Shown here: positions 1 through 11,673 of the stretch, in pieces
Numbering within the stretch: position 1 is the stretch's first letter
How the letters are laid out: each line of letters opens with the position of its first letter
Source of the DNA: Isurus oxyrinchus
Taxonomy: Eukaryota
Direction of reading: 5' to 3'
Assembly (NCBI GenBank): GCA_026770705.1
Contig: JANJGN010000017.1
Coordinates: 43,090,001 to 43,154,000, forward strand
Length of the DNA stretch: 64,000 bases
The notes under the pieces: generated by a model
Database searches by the model: none
Told to the model about the DNA's origin: nothing
The model's input: only the letters and a program-made list of their open reading frames with translations
Program-made: the position numbers and the translations under genes

Positions 1-514
1 TGTCAATCGCCCGCTGCCTGGACCTGTTAATGGCCAACTTGGCCAGGCCAAGGAGCAGGTTCACGAGGAGGTCCTCCTCCTACCCGACCCCCTTCCACAC
101 CGGGTGGTTAAGAAGATGTAACTCTTGTGAGTTAAAACAATTAAACTAAATTAACAAAATGAAGGACAAATCAAGCACAGCCCCTAATTCAGGTCAGCTG
201 TAAAACTAAGGACAAAGTTTAAAGGAAACTTACAAACTTTAAACCAAAATGTGATTAAGGGGGTCAATAAAGCACCCCAGTCCCTGTGGTGCCCACCGAG
301 CACGGAAGACCTCGAGAGTGCCGGCAGACACCGCGTGCTCCCTCTCCAGGGACACCCGGCCGCGAACGTAGCCGCAGAAGAGGGACAAACAATCAGGCGG
401 GACTCCCCTGTTGATCGCCCACTGCCTGGACCTGTTAATGGCCAACTTGGCCAGGCCCAGGAGCAGGTTCACAAGGAGGTCCTCCTCCTTCCCACACCAG
501 GTGGTTAAGAAGAT
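1..514 (-). mobile_element. Two tandem 3' fragments of a Tx1-clade non-LTR retrotransposon (ORF2 C-terminus + 3' UTR); units 118-514 and <1-117
   Basis: Minus ORF 239-472 (LLLGLAKLAINRSRQ...CLSLFCGYVRGRVSLEREHA...RWAPQG) resembles the vertebrate Tx1 ORF2 C-terminus. Bases 1-117 repeat 409-514 with an 11-bp indel. Both units start at ATCTTCTTAACCAC. Confidence 0.8.
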
Positions 515-835
515 GTAACTCTTTTGAGTACAAACACGTTTCCATCTGTTCCTATTCAGATGAAGTTACATTGTTTCATAGTTTGCCATTGTGAGATTTG
601 AACTCTTGATGTAACTCTTTCGAGTACAAACCCATTTCCATCTGTTTCAGATGACGTTACATTGTTTCATAGTTTTGCCATTGTGAGATTTGAACTCTTG
701 ATACTCTTTCGAGCACAAACCCGTTTCCATCTGTCTCAGATGAAGTTACATTGTTTCATAGTTTGCCATTGTGAGATTTGAACTCTTAATCTTGGGGTTA
801 CAAGCCCAGTACCATAACCACTTGGCTATTTAGGC
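515..835 (-). mobile_element. tRNA-derived SINE: one full unit (703-835) plus two 5'-truncated tandem units (611-702, 515-610)
   Basis: Minus 835-764 is a 72-nt tRNA-like head with A box TAGCCAAGTGG, anticodon loop CT-TGT-AA and B box GAGTTCAAATCTC. The ~90-bp body is present three times. Confidence 0.8.
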
Positions 836-3505
836 ACTATGTGGGCACAGGTGTTAATCATTTGTAGATAATGTTCACTATTGTAAATAAACTCCCAAGA
901 ATGTCTCCCTGCCTATGGCTCCTTGTTATGATGAGCAGTGTTCGTGCCAGTCAGATGTGAAACCTTGGCCTCTGCACAAGATAAATGCAATTGTCTCAGT
1001 CCAGGGCCTCTTACTTGTGCAGTGTGTAACCTTCAGAGCAATGTGATGGTCCAGCTTAACACTCACTGGACACATTAGTGATGCCTGCACCTCAATGGTG
1101 CTTGCCATTGCTACCAGAATGTTGTGGGCAGACATCACAGAGTTCCGTCATTCTCTCTGTGTGCTCTCTGCACCTTTAAGGTGGGGCTGGCCCCCATCTC
1201 TTCAGCATCTGTGACTAGTGACATGGTGCTCCTGAAGGGGTCAGGTGCTGAAGGCTGCTAAAGGATCAGGTGCATCTAAAGTTTCACGGCTGTGTCTCCA
1301 TGACATGACCCTGATTACAGAGTGCATGTGAGCTGCACTCAGCCAGAGAGGAGTGAGACATTCACAGAGGCTATGTAAAAGTATATGGCGTGTACTCACT
1401 GCATGTCGTCATCATCCTCCTGGAATATTGTGACTATTAAGGCCTCCGCTGCATCTCCATGATGAGTCTGAGCATTGAGTGCACTGCCATCAGCCACAGA
1501 GGAGTCAAACGTTTACAGATGCAAGGTGAGAATGTCAAGACTGTCTCACTGTATCTTGTCATCGTCCTTCATGAATCTTGCAGCTGAGGGCCTCATGAGC
1601 GTGCCTAACATCTCTGGCCAGTGCGATGGCCTCATCACCAGCATCCTCGCCTCCGAGGACCTCATCACCCTCATCCACTTTGATGTCCTCCTTATTGGAG
1701 GAGATGTACAGCTCTTCCATCTCCTCCTCAGCCATGTCCTCCCCCCGTTGCTGATCCAGGTTGTGTAGCGCACAGCAAGCTACGATGATGCACGACACAC
1801 TCTGAGGACTGTATTATAGTGCTCTGCCGGACCTGTCGAAGCATCGGAACCTCATTTTCAATATGCTATTGTTTGCTCCACCCAAGTCCAGGCTACAACA
1901 TGAGTCTCGTTGAACCGTCATTCTGCTGCAGTCTGAGGTCGCTGTATGGGTGTCATGAGCCAAGCCTTCAGTGGACAATTCTCATCTCCGAGGAGCCAAC
2001 CCTGCTCCCTCTGTGGACCCTGGAAGATGTCATCGATCTGAGACCTGCTAAGGATGGAGGAGTCATGGATGCTCCCTGGGAATCATGCGCAGACATGTTG
2101 CAGACCAGCTGAACATTCAACAAATGGAAGCCCTTGTGGTTGATGCGGTTGACTGCTTGTTGCCACGGAGATCTAAATGCCACCTGACTGTAGCCAATGG
2201 CACCCTGCACCTGTGGAAGACCAGAGATCAGTGCAAATCCCAATGCTTTTGCACCAAGGCTTGCCTGATCCCAGTCAAAATGCACAAAGTTGCATGTCAT
2301 CATGAAGATGGCATCTATGACCTCCTGGATGCAGTTATGAGTGGAGGCTTGTGAGATCCCACACAGGTCACCTGTGGAGCCTGGAAGAAACCACTGGCGT
2401 AAAAATTGAGCGCCACAGTCACTTTCACAGCCACTGGCAGTGGATGCCCTCCATGTGCCCCTGGCACCAAACCCTGTAGCAGTTGGCATTCGTGACCAAC
2501 CAGTTCCCTAGACATACACAATCTTCAACGACACTGGTTCTCAGTCATCTGCAAGAATGACAAGCACCATCTATAGACCCTAGGTCTAGCAAGGAGCCTA
2601 CAAGTAACGGTTCGCTGTGGATCTTCTGCTACGTGCACAGGAAGCCCAGCTGCACCTTCCTCTTGAGGGAGGTGCTCCTCCCATTGGCGAACCAGGTGCC
2701 ACTGGTGCACTTTTCTCCTTCTCTGCTCCCTGTAAGCCATGAAGCAGACCACCAGATCACAAGGCTCCATGATCCTGATGATCTCTTCCTGCAGGGTCAA
2801 CGAGAGAAACACTTGGTTTAGCATATGTGTGCTAAGGACCTCTCTTGTTTAAGCCTGTAGGCCCCTTCATGCATACCGGAGAGTGCTGGCCACCACTTGG
2901 ATGGCCAATGTGTAGTGTGCTCAATGGCTGACCAAACCCCACCCACCTCCATCCCACTCCACTTGACTGATTGGCAGCAGCTTTGCCCACTGGACTGCAT
3001 GCTGTGCTCTCAGCTCAGGCGTAGGCATTCTCCTAACCTGCACTGTAAGGCTGCGCTGTTAGCTTGAACCATGAGAGATACTGGTCCAAACCTTAATAAT
3101 AAAGACATTGTACAGGGCTGTAAGCGCCTCCACCAGTGACTGCACCATGGCCACCTTTCGCAATTGTTCTCCTGCTCCCTAAAATGCACATTAATTTGCA
3201 GTCTGCACCTGAGGGGTAAAAGTTCTGGAGCATTTGGTGGCACCTTCATACATTCATGCTTTTGTGTTGCTTAATTGAGTAGAAATGTTTCAGAGGCCTG
3301 ACTTTAAACTTGCCAATGGAGCTGCTGCCAAACGTCCCAGCTGCGGAAGAATGCTCACTTTTGACAAGCTTATCCAAGTGCCTAGCCGCTTCCATCACCA
3401 TCCCCTCCCCCACCTTCCCCCACCCCAGCATGTGCTTATGTGCTTCCTTCAGTCTGTGTTGTCTTCCCCACCACCCCATCTGCACACACTCAAAAAATTA
3501 GCCCC
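836..3505 (-). mobile_element. PIF/Harbinger DNA transposon copy 1 (partial; same family as 31892-36890)
   Basis: Colinear with ~33860-36430. Ends in TIR-like AAAATTAGCCCC (3494-3505). The left part is interrupted by the SINE/Tx1 array and runs off the window. Confidence 0.85.
1546..2770 (-). pseudogene. Harbinger DDE transposase, frameshifted
   Basis: Motifs spread over several frames: LPVAVKVTVALNFYASGFFQ, GDLCGISQASTH, PQVQGAIG, NHKGFHLLNVQLVC, IIVACCALHNL. Confidence 0.9.
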
Positions 3506-3922
3506 AATGTAAAGAAATTATTTCATGATCAACTATGAATTATGAATTATATTTACAGTCATAAACCTGATGACAGCTCAAAGACAATAAAAATCCCTAT
3601 AAGGTTCCAGTGAACATCTCTTGTGGACATATAGATCTTTTTTCATGACCATGTGTAGTATATGGGCATTAATATTATTTTCACAGCCTGTTGTATTGAT
3701 ATTCAACATCATTAAAAAATAAAACTGGATGAAAATATCAACTAACCATGCCAACAGGGTTTTGATGACCTCACAGGAACATCTGATAACCATTCCTTCA
3801 TGTTCAGGGCAGGATTAGTATCAGTTCTTGAAATGTAGGCATTTTATATGGGACTATACCTAATGGAATATTCCAGCCAATAATATAAAACATAATTTTT
3901 TTCAGACTTGGAGATTTAGGAC

Positions 3923-4270
3923 GATGCTCTGGGGACAGGGGTTCAAACCTCACCACAGGAGCTGGTGGAATTTAAATTCAATTTAAAAATCTGAAATTGA
4001 AAGATAGTCTCAATAATAGTGACCATGAATCTATCAGTAATTGTCATAAAGCCCCAACTGGTTCACTAATGTCCTTTAGGGAAGGAAATCTGCCGTCCTT
4101 ACCTGGTCTAGCCTACACGTGACTCCAGACCCGCAGCAATGTGCTTGACTCTTAACTGCCCTCTGAAATGGCCTAACAAGCCACTCAGTTCAAGGGCAAT
4201 TAGGGATGGACAACAAATGCTGGCTTTGCGAACAACACAAACATCCCATGAATGAATAAAGAAAAAAAAT
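3923..4270 (+). mobile_element. HE1-type shark SINE, 5'-truncated
   Basis: B box GGTTCAAACC, core CTGGTTCACTAATGTCCTTTAGGGAAGGAAATCTGCC, HER1-like tail AAGGGCAATTAGGGATGG...CATCCCATGAATGAATAAA. Homologous to 30904-31272. Confidence 0.85.
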
Positions 4271-7200
4271 CTCCTATAATGCAGGCATATTTCTAACATA
4301 TGATGTATGTGTTTTTCAGGTACGTGCTTCCATACACAGTGTACAATATATACCTTTTGTCAATAATATGCAAATCTTTACTGTACCTGCATAATCTCTA
4401 ACAGACCTCCTCACCTAACCAGGCTATGCAAATACCAGCCCCATGAGTGCACAGAATCGACCGGAGCTTACCATTTCTGGTGCACCATCCAAATATACAT
4501 TTTTCAACTGTCTCTTAGTACTTGCAGGAAGCCATGAGATATAAGGCATTTCTAACCAACCTCATGAAATAATGCAATAGACTGCTTTTAAAACTACAAT
4601 ATAAATGTTGCAGTTATACAACTCGTTCAGTGTCATAAAAACAGCATGATTCTGCTATCACCCATCATATTTTGCCCATCTGTTTGGCCACTTTGTTTAC
4701 ATAGAAATTTCTGTTTTATGAAACAAAACTATAATAACACAGAGCCTTTAACAAATACATTTTTGGCTACCTCATTAATTCTTAAAATACTACTTTTTAA
4801 TCAATGATTACTTTTTAAAATAATGCCATTCCAGCGATTAATGAGTTATGGGATTAAGCAGGTACTGTGGCTAATTATCATCCTACTTCACCTCTACTTT
4901 CCATTGATCAGTGTTTTGATAACAGCACAGTGGATCAACAGATGTCAGTTAGTGAAAGCAAGACTTGTGAATTAAAACGATGTTTTTTTTCCATAATGTA
5001 AATGACATTACAACCGTCTGAGGTTTTTGATGCGAGATTAATGACAGCAAAACCATGATGCTCCAGTAGAATTTGTTTTACGAACAGTCAGTGAAGTAAT
5101 TACTGAGCTGTAAACATGATTAAATGCAAAGTGAATCAGTTAATAATGTAATGTGATATTCAAATAATATCTGCATTAGGGGAAAAAAGGGCTTTTAAAC
5201 ATTGTAGACCTTGGACTTTCTCACATCCCATGTGGCACACAATTCTTCTCTTGGTGGCCCCCATTATCCCCAGGGAAGTTCTTCTTCCTGAGATTGGTTT
5301 GACCATTTGTACCTGAATTGGAAAGTAGCAGATTCTATCTGTAAAATTAAATGGTACTGGAAATAAACCTTTTTGTACATTATGATAATTTGACTTATTT
5401 ATTCTTTAGTCAGCCAATTTCAGGAATCAAACTGTTATCATAATAAGTCTTGACATTATTCAACTCCACAGTTTAATGTACCTTTTGATTAAAGATATAA
5501 TGAAACACAATGGACTAAATTACCAGGAAGACCTGTTCATGAAATCAGGTTTTTCAATTAGCAGGGCTGCAGAGCTTTTTGATATAGCAAGTCATTATTA
5601 TTCTCTAGCTTCACACAAAACATCTGAAAAGCAATTACATTTACACAAGAACCTCAAAAGTACTTCAGCTTTTTAAAGGTAAATACATCCCAAAGTCACC
5701 TTTGAAACATGTCCAACTTGTATTATTTGTAGGGTTTTGTCACTATTTGGATGATCTGGCTCAGTGTGCTGGGCAGCCTGTGGCCTCTTGAAACCTGTTA
5801 ATGTTTGAGACACTGAGATGGCAGATGCTCCCTGAATAGGAAGGAAATGATAATCATGTGAAACCTTAGCCATATTGTTTTAGGGAATGGCTTTAAGTAT
5901 TAGAGTTTGAATAGAGCAGGTGGAATACTGTAGCTTCACACAGAATGGAGATAAACCAGAATTTGGCAGTATACAGAGTAACAGAGTGAACATGCTAACC
6001 TACTCATTAATTTCACTGGACATTGCAAGGCACATTAGCATTGGCCTAATGCACACTCAGAGGAAGGTGCTAATTAACATAGACAAGTGTTATCTGCAAG
6101 TAAACATAAAACTTACAAGCTGAAGCTATCATAATGCTATTGTGTTAGAATTTAGAACATGCTGTTGTTTAAATTTATTATAAATATATTGGTTTTGACT
6201 TAACAGTTAATGATAAATTGCTCACATCATAATTTTACATGGCTTCGCTACCTATATGGGTTAGTAGCTCTTGCGCATCTTAAACTAACCTTTGACTCTC
6301 ATCTTTAATTGATATTTTAACTAAGCTGTTACCAATGGACAGGTTTGAATGCATTTCAGTTAAACTCAAGAGTAGGGTGCTCTGCAGCAGATGAGAGAAA
6401 GATTTCCTTGGAGGCCTCTCCTGCCCTTTATAGGGAACTTCCTACCAACCCTGTTTTTGTTTGCAGGTACACAGCCACTTCTGCATTGATTCAGTTGATG
6501 TGATTTCAGGCACAAGTTGACGTGAAAGCATTCATATAATTTGGCTGTTAAATTCTAATCTAAAACTGCTTTTTTAGTTCAGATTCTGGGGGATTAACGT
6601 TTGTAAATCAGTTCCTGGTGTTAATTCCAGCTCCTTTTAATTCAGTGGATGACTCCCAGTTTTCCATGGATTTATGCTGCTGGAATAAGGCACTCAGATT
6701 AATGAGTGAAAATGCAGGAGCTGCCTTATGCTGCTGAGCCCCTGGAGTTGGAAATAAAACAGGACTTCTATTTCAATTGTTCAATTGTTCCAGTGTGGTA
6801 GACTTAAATATGAAAGGGGCTAAAGCCAAACAGTGTGCACTAATCAATACATTGATCTGAGTTTACAAAGCAACAGTGCAACTCCAACATAATGTAAAGC
6901 CACATTTTATTAGCTTAAAATTTTATATATTAGAAGTTTTTAATGTTAGGGGAGAACAGACTACTGGCCACCTGTTCCTAACATTAAAAGTTAGTAACTC
7001 AGGGAGTAGAGTTCTCCAAATCTCTTCAAACCCTTGTGTAGAGCTTTACTAGATGTAAATGAAAGCATAAATGAACTCACAGTTAACAGTATAAATCTCA
7101 TCTATGATCTCAAGTAAGTGCGTATACAAGGCAATCTTTAATTTCTAGTTTTCACAATTATCCTTACTGTGGACACATTGAATGCAAAGGTACTATATTA

Positions 7201-8353
7201 AAATAAGGGACATAGAGATAATTAAGGCATGTGTTATTTTGAAAATTTGAATGAGCTCAAGATCTGCTACTCTTGTTTTGTGTGTGCCTGCACTATAAGT
7301 GAGCCATTAATGCAGAGTTTGAGATGACGACACTACAGCATTGTAGCCCTGATTCTTGATCGATGCTCATGGCTTCCCTGGAAAAGTAGCCTTACAATTT
7401 ATGTCTTGTGAAACTAAAATGATACATTTTTTAATGTATTCAGTTTTGAAAATTACTTCAGTACAGTAAACTAGGTGATTGTTGAAGCGTTGACATGAAC
7501 ATCAAATTATCAGAAACTTATAGTTACTGCAACATGTAACAATTCAATACAGATCTTAAATTATTACAATATTATTTGTACAATCATCATTTATAGGTTA
7601 TGGACATCCGCAGACAGAATTATTTATAATATATGCTGATTATATACTTTTTATTATAATGGTTTGTCTGTGGCATTTTGCACTGTGAGCTGAAGGATGC
7701 CTTGTTTAATAATATGGGCTCATTAAGTCCCAATAACAAACTGACTCCCAGCAGAGCAAGGATGTACCCATCCTTCTGTACAGTTTCTTTTCCTCTTTAT
7801 CTGTACAGTCTATATTTAATAAGGATTCCCTCTCCCCTCACCACCCTCAGTGCAATACCTCCTTTCAACAAGGTCTTTTCCTCTCAGTCGGTTCTGTCTG
7901 TTATCCACATTACAAGATACTTCTGGGTCTCTCTTCTCACTTTCTACTTTCTCTCCCTCCATCACAATAAAAGGTCTTCGCACATCTCTTTTAATGCCTC
8001 CAAGAAATTTTTCTCTCCTTTCTCCCCTGCAGTGTCAGCCCCTTGTTCTTTTGTGTGTTTCACTATCCCCTTCCTATTTGTAGGTCTACAGCACTGCAAC
8101 AATAACCCAATAAATAAAATCCGAGTGAGAACTCGTTCCTATCCTCTCTCCCATTTGTGGACTCAAAGCGCAACATACCCATCGAGATGTTAGTGGGCTT
8201 TGCTTTTAAAAAAATCTTGTCTGCTCTATTCTTAGAATTCTTATCAGCAGAAAACAAAATTAACTAATTGTCTTGTGATTGCACTGCTCTTTAGGATTAT
8301 TATTTGGATATTCAGATTTTGTTCTACAGAAACTTGATGATAGGCCATTGTGA

Positions 8354-8646
8354 TTAGGACAAGGGCAGCAGATTGATGGGAACACCACCACCTGAAAGTT
8401 CCCCTCCAAGTCACTCACCATCCTGACTTGGAAATATATCACCATTCCTTTACTGCCAATGAGTCAAAATCCTGGAACTCCCTTCGTAACAGCACTCTGT
8501 GTATACCTACACCACATGGACTGCAGCGATTCAAGAAGGCAGCTCACCACCACCTTCTCAAGGGCAATTAGGGATGGGCAATAAATGCTGGCCCAGCCAG
8601 TGAAGCTCACATCCCATGAATGAATAAAAATAATAATAATAATAAT
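8354..8646 (+). mobile_element. HER1 (CR1-group) LINE 3' end with (TAA)n tail
   Basis: AAAATCCTGGAACTCCCT...TTCAAGAAGGCAGCTCACCACCACCTTCTCAAGGGCAATTAGGGATGGGCAATAAATGCTGG; the tail is shared with the HE1 SINEs. Confidence 0.85.
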
Positions 8647-9757
8647 TGATTTGTGAATTTACTGTTTAATTTATTGTCTTAACAATTAAGATAATTTTTT
8701 TACTTGCATATATTATAATGAAACATAGGTCCTGACATGATTTGATTAACTGTGTGTTTGCAATCTTCAACACAAACCTGAGGAGAACTGGAAGCAAAAC
8801 AAGACAGATAACTGCCTAATGCTTAAATTGCTTCATGCATCAGGTGTTTAACCTTGGACTCCTGAAAAATGAGAAGGAGAATACAAAAGTGCTCTGCAGT
8901 TTTCAGTCATTTCTGTCATTGGTGTTGTCTCTGTAGCAATGTCAGCAGTCACTCTGCAACAGTTGGTCAGTGCTGTAGCTCTGCCTCTCTGAAGGAAACA
9001 AGTTCAGGGACATGGGTTTAGACTGGATGGTGAACCTAGTTTTCACAGAGATTTACCTAGAGTGGTTCGAAGCAGGTCTGCAGCTGCTGCTTCTGGTGTT
9101 GTTGTCTATAGGATCTGCTGCCATTCTGATCAGCAATATAACAGTAGCTCCCTCTTCTCCAAGGACAAGTCTTTAACTAACCATAATAGCAGCAGCTCTT
9201 GGAAATTGTGTTCTCATATGAAGTTGCGCATAGGAATTTGGCACGAGGTAAACCAGGTAGTTAGGAGACTTTTGAATGTGGGGAGTCAGCTGGTGGGAAA
9301 GGGTTGCAAACTTTAGGGAGGTGCGCATACTCAGAGCCCAGGATGCCCAGAGGACCAAGGTGGGCCATATTATTTGTTTGCAGGATGCAAGTAGTTGGAG
9401 ACAAATTTATGATTAAGTTTGAGATTTTTGCATATTTATTATTCTCATTTAATTTTAAAGAGTTTATAATGAGGAACCTTCATGATGACTGCAAATTTCA
9501 CAGTCCCAATATAGAGAGTATGCAAAATTATGATATTGGACAGGCTTAAGAAACTTTACTGTATACTGACCACACTACTTCCCAGCAATCATCTGTTGAA
9601 CACTACTCAGTAAATCTACATTGATAACATCACAATTGATCACTTTACAGTGAGACATTATTATGCATTGATAAAGCAGATCGCAGTCAGCCTTTAACAA
9701 GGCACCTGCATGAACATAATAGGTCCAAAACTATTAAAACACCCAATGAACGGCGCT

Positions 9758-9812
9758 TGTGTGAGTGTGTGTGTGTATGTGTATGTGTGTGTGCGTGTGT
9801 GTTTGTGTGTGT
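9758..9812. repeat. Imperfect (TG)n microsatellite
   Basis: Directly visible in the sequence. Confidence 0.9.
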
Positions 9813-10105
9813 CAAGACTGTTTCATGTTCAGGAATGACTGCTCAAACTAGGCAATTGTGGTTTCTGATGTAATTTGAACCTCTCGATCTAATTACTACA
9901 TTGTAATAACCCGTTGGTAAATCTTATTCTTTATATACGCTATTTGAACCTTTTGATCAGATTAATGTCTTCTAATTGCTCCCAGTCATCCAATATTGTC
10001 AAAATAGCAACTAGAAGAATGTTAAGAGGAATTGTGATGATTTGACTTTGAAGACTTTGCAAACAATTTTTACCCTAGCCCCCAGCAGACCAAGATAAAG
10101 ACAGG

Positions 10106-10764
10106 GGCCTGAATTTTTTGGCGGGCCCGGGAGCAGACAGGAAATAGGCCGCCAGCCACGATCGGCCCCCGACCTCATTTTCACACCAGCTGGCCAATTA
10201 CCGGCCAGCCAGCATGAAACACGTGCTGAAATGCTCAGGGATGCCGGGTGGTTGCTGGAAGAGGGTGGGCGCCGACGTAACCGAGGGTGTATGTGAGAGC
10301 TTCGAGAGAGCTCCCTGAAGGCAGACAGCTGCCCCAGGGAGCTCTAGACCTCCACAGGCTAAAGGACATGACAAAAATGCTGCAAAGTATGTCCATGCAG
10401 CACAATCAAGCACCTGAAAACATAAAAACACAGTACCCAGATATCTCTTTTTATTTTATTTCCCCACAGAGATTTCATCCTGCCCTGGATCGAGGTTTGA
10501 GCAAAAATATGAATGCTGCTTGGGAAAATGGCCCATCCGTCAACCATAAATGTGGATGGGCCATGAAAAATTGCTGTTGATTTCATCATTAATGGGCTTA
10601 ATTGACCACTTAATTGTTGGTAGGCGTGCTTCCGACTGCCGCACACACACCCGCCGAGTGAAATATCACAATAACGACGGGACGCTGTACCAATGTCATC
10701 TCATGCTATTTCACGTCCATTCAGGTCGGGCACTCGCCCACCCATGGGACGTAAAATTCTGACC
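10106..10764. mobile_element. Harbinger MITE (subfamily A-like)
   Basis: TIRs GGCCTGAATTTT / AAAATTCTGACC; flanks AGG/ATG (1-mismatch TSD); internal hairpins shared with the other MITEs. Confidence 0.8.
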
Positions 10765-10769
10765 ATGGT

Positions 10770-11673
10770 TTTCATCCTTGAGGTGGGTAGTGAGAGTTGG
10801 GAAAATTACTGGCTTGCCACACCTCCCCCCAACCCACATCAGGAGAAAGTGTCTGCAAAGGCGGAATCTTCATTGCCAGGAGGGGTAGGGGTTGCAGGAG
10901 CAGGAGTGGACTGGAGTCAGGTCAGCTGACACATGATGAAGTTTGGAGCCAGTCACTGGGGCTGTTAGGTGCTGTCGGTGTGGATGATAGACACTTTTAT
11001 TAGCTTGCAGGGAAATGTAGGGACTTTTTTCAACACAGGTGAAAGTTGTGAATGAATTACTTTTTTGAAAGCCTTTTTCTTTACATATCCCACTGTTTAC
11101 AGGGTTCATTGGCTCATTGTGGGTCAATGGACATGGCATGCCATTGCTTGGCATAGGGGGGCAAGAGGGACCATGGGGTTGAAGGGCAAAGCTTGGCATG
11201 GGGATATGAGGGGCCATGCAGGTGAGTTGAAGGGCAGAGCTTCGGATAGGGGCATGAGGGGTGAGAGGGGTGGGTGTGAGGGCAGAACTTGGCATAGGGG
11301 GCTTGAGGGGCTTTGGGATGGGTTGTGGGGGGGGGGGGGGGGGGGGGGGCATGAGAAGGACCTTTTCAACTTACCTTTTAAAAGGCCCCCTCATGCAGAC
11401 TAGGGTTCACAACTACTCTGAGGGGCTATGCACAACAGCTGTTTGAAAACCAGGCCCAACTCCATGAAAGTTGCGGAGGACGTGCTGATTTCTACAATGA
11501 AGCCAGACAGGTCGGGAGTGCCAGATGTGGGCTTTTGACAGGAACCAGCCCACACCCTTTAAAGACACTTCCAAAAATCAGACAGCCTGGGAATGGGGTT
11601 GGGAATCCTGGATTCAGGACACAGCCATTTTTAAAGGGCCCCAAGGTATCCCGATTTGGTGAAAATTTAGGCC
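10770..11673. mobile_element. Probable non-autonomous Harbinger-type element with purine-rich GGCATG-type degenerate repeats and a poly-G run
   Basis: Ends in TIR-like AAAATTTAGGCC (11662-11673). Left boundary not resolved. Confidence 0.4.

Noticed and set aside
515-790. Three ~90-bp repeats as a CRISPR array
   Set aside because: No unique spacers, no cas genes and a vertebrate context; they are SINE units.
764-835. Functional tRNA-Thr(TGT) gene
   Set aside because: Acceptor and T stems pair poorly, there is no oligo-T terminator, and it runs into a SINE body.
4472-4551. Second minus-strand exon candidate (MPYISWLPASTKRQLKNVYLDGAPEM, gtaag donor)
   Set aside because: Weak acceptor, phase incompatible with the 5700-5831 candidate, and unrecognised peptide.
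7678-8193. 171-aa hydrophobic ORF
   Set aside because: A pyrimidine-rich shadow frame starting at TTG; the opposite strand looks like a very old CR1 endonuclease remnant.
8780-9400. Slightly GC-richer block with splice-like sites
   Set aside because: No consistent frame or recognisable protein, so no call can be supported.
10870-11446. Pro/Gly-rich ORFs
   Set aside because: Artefacts of poly-G and GGCATG-type repeats; the same applies to 62284-62581.
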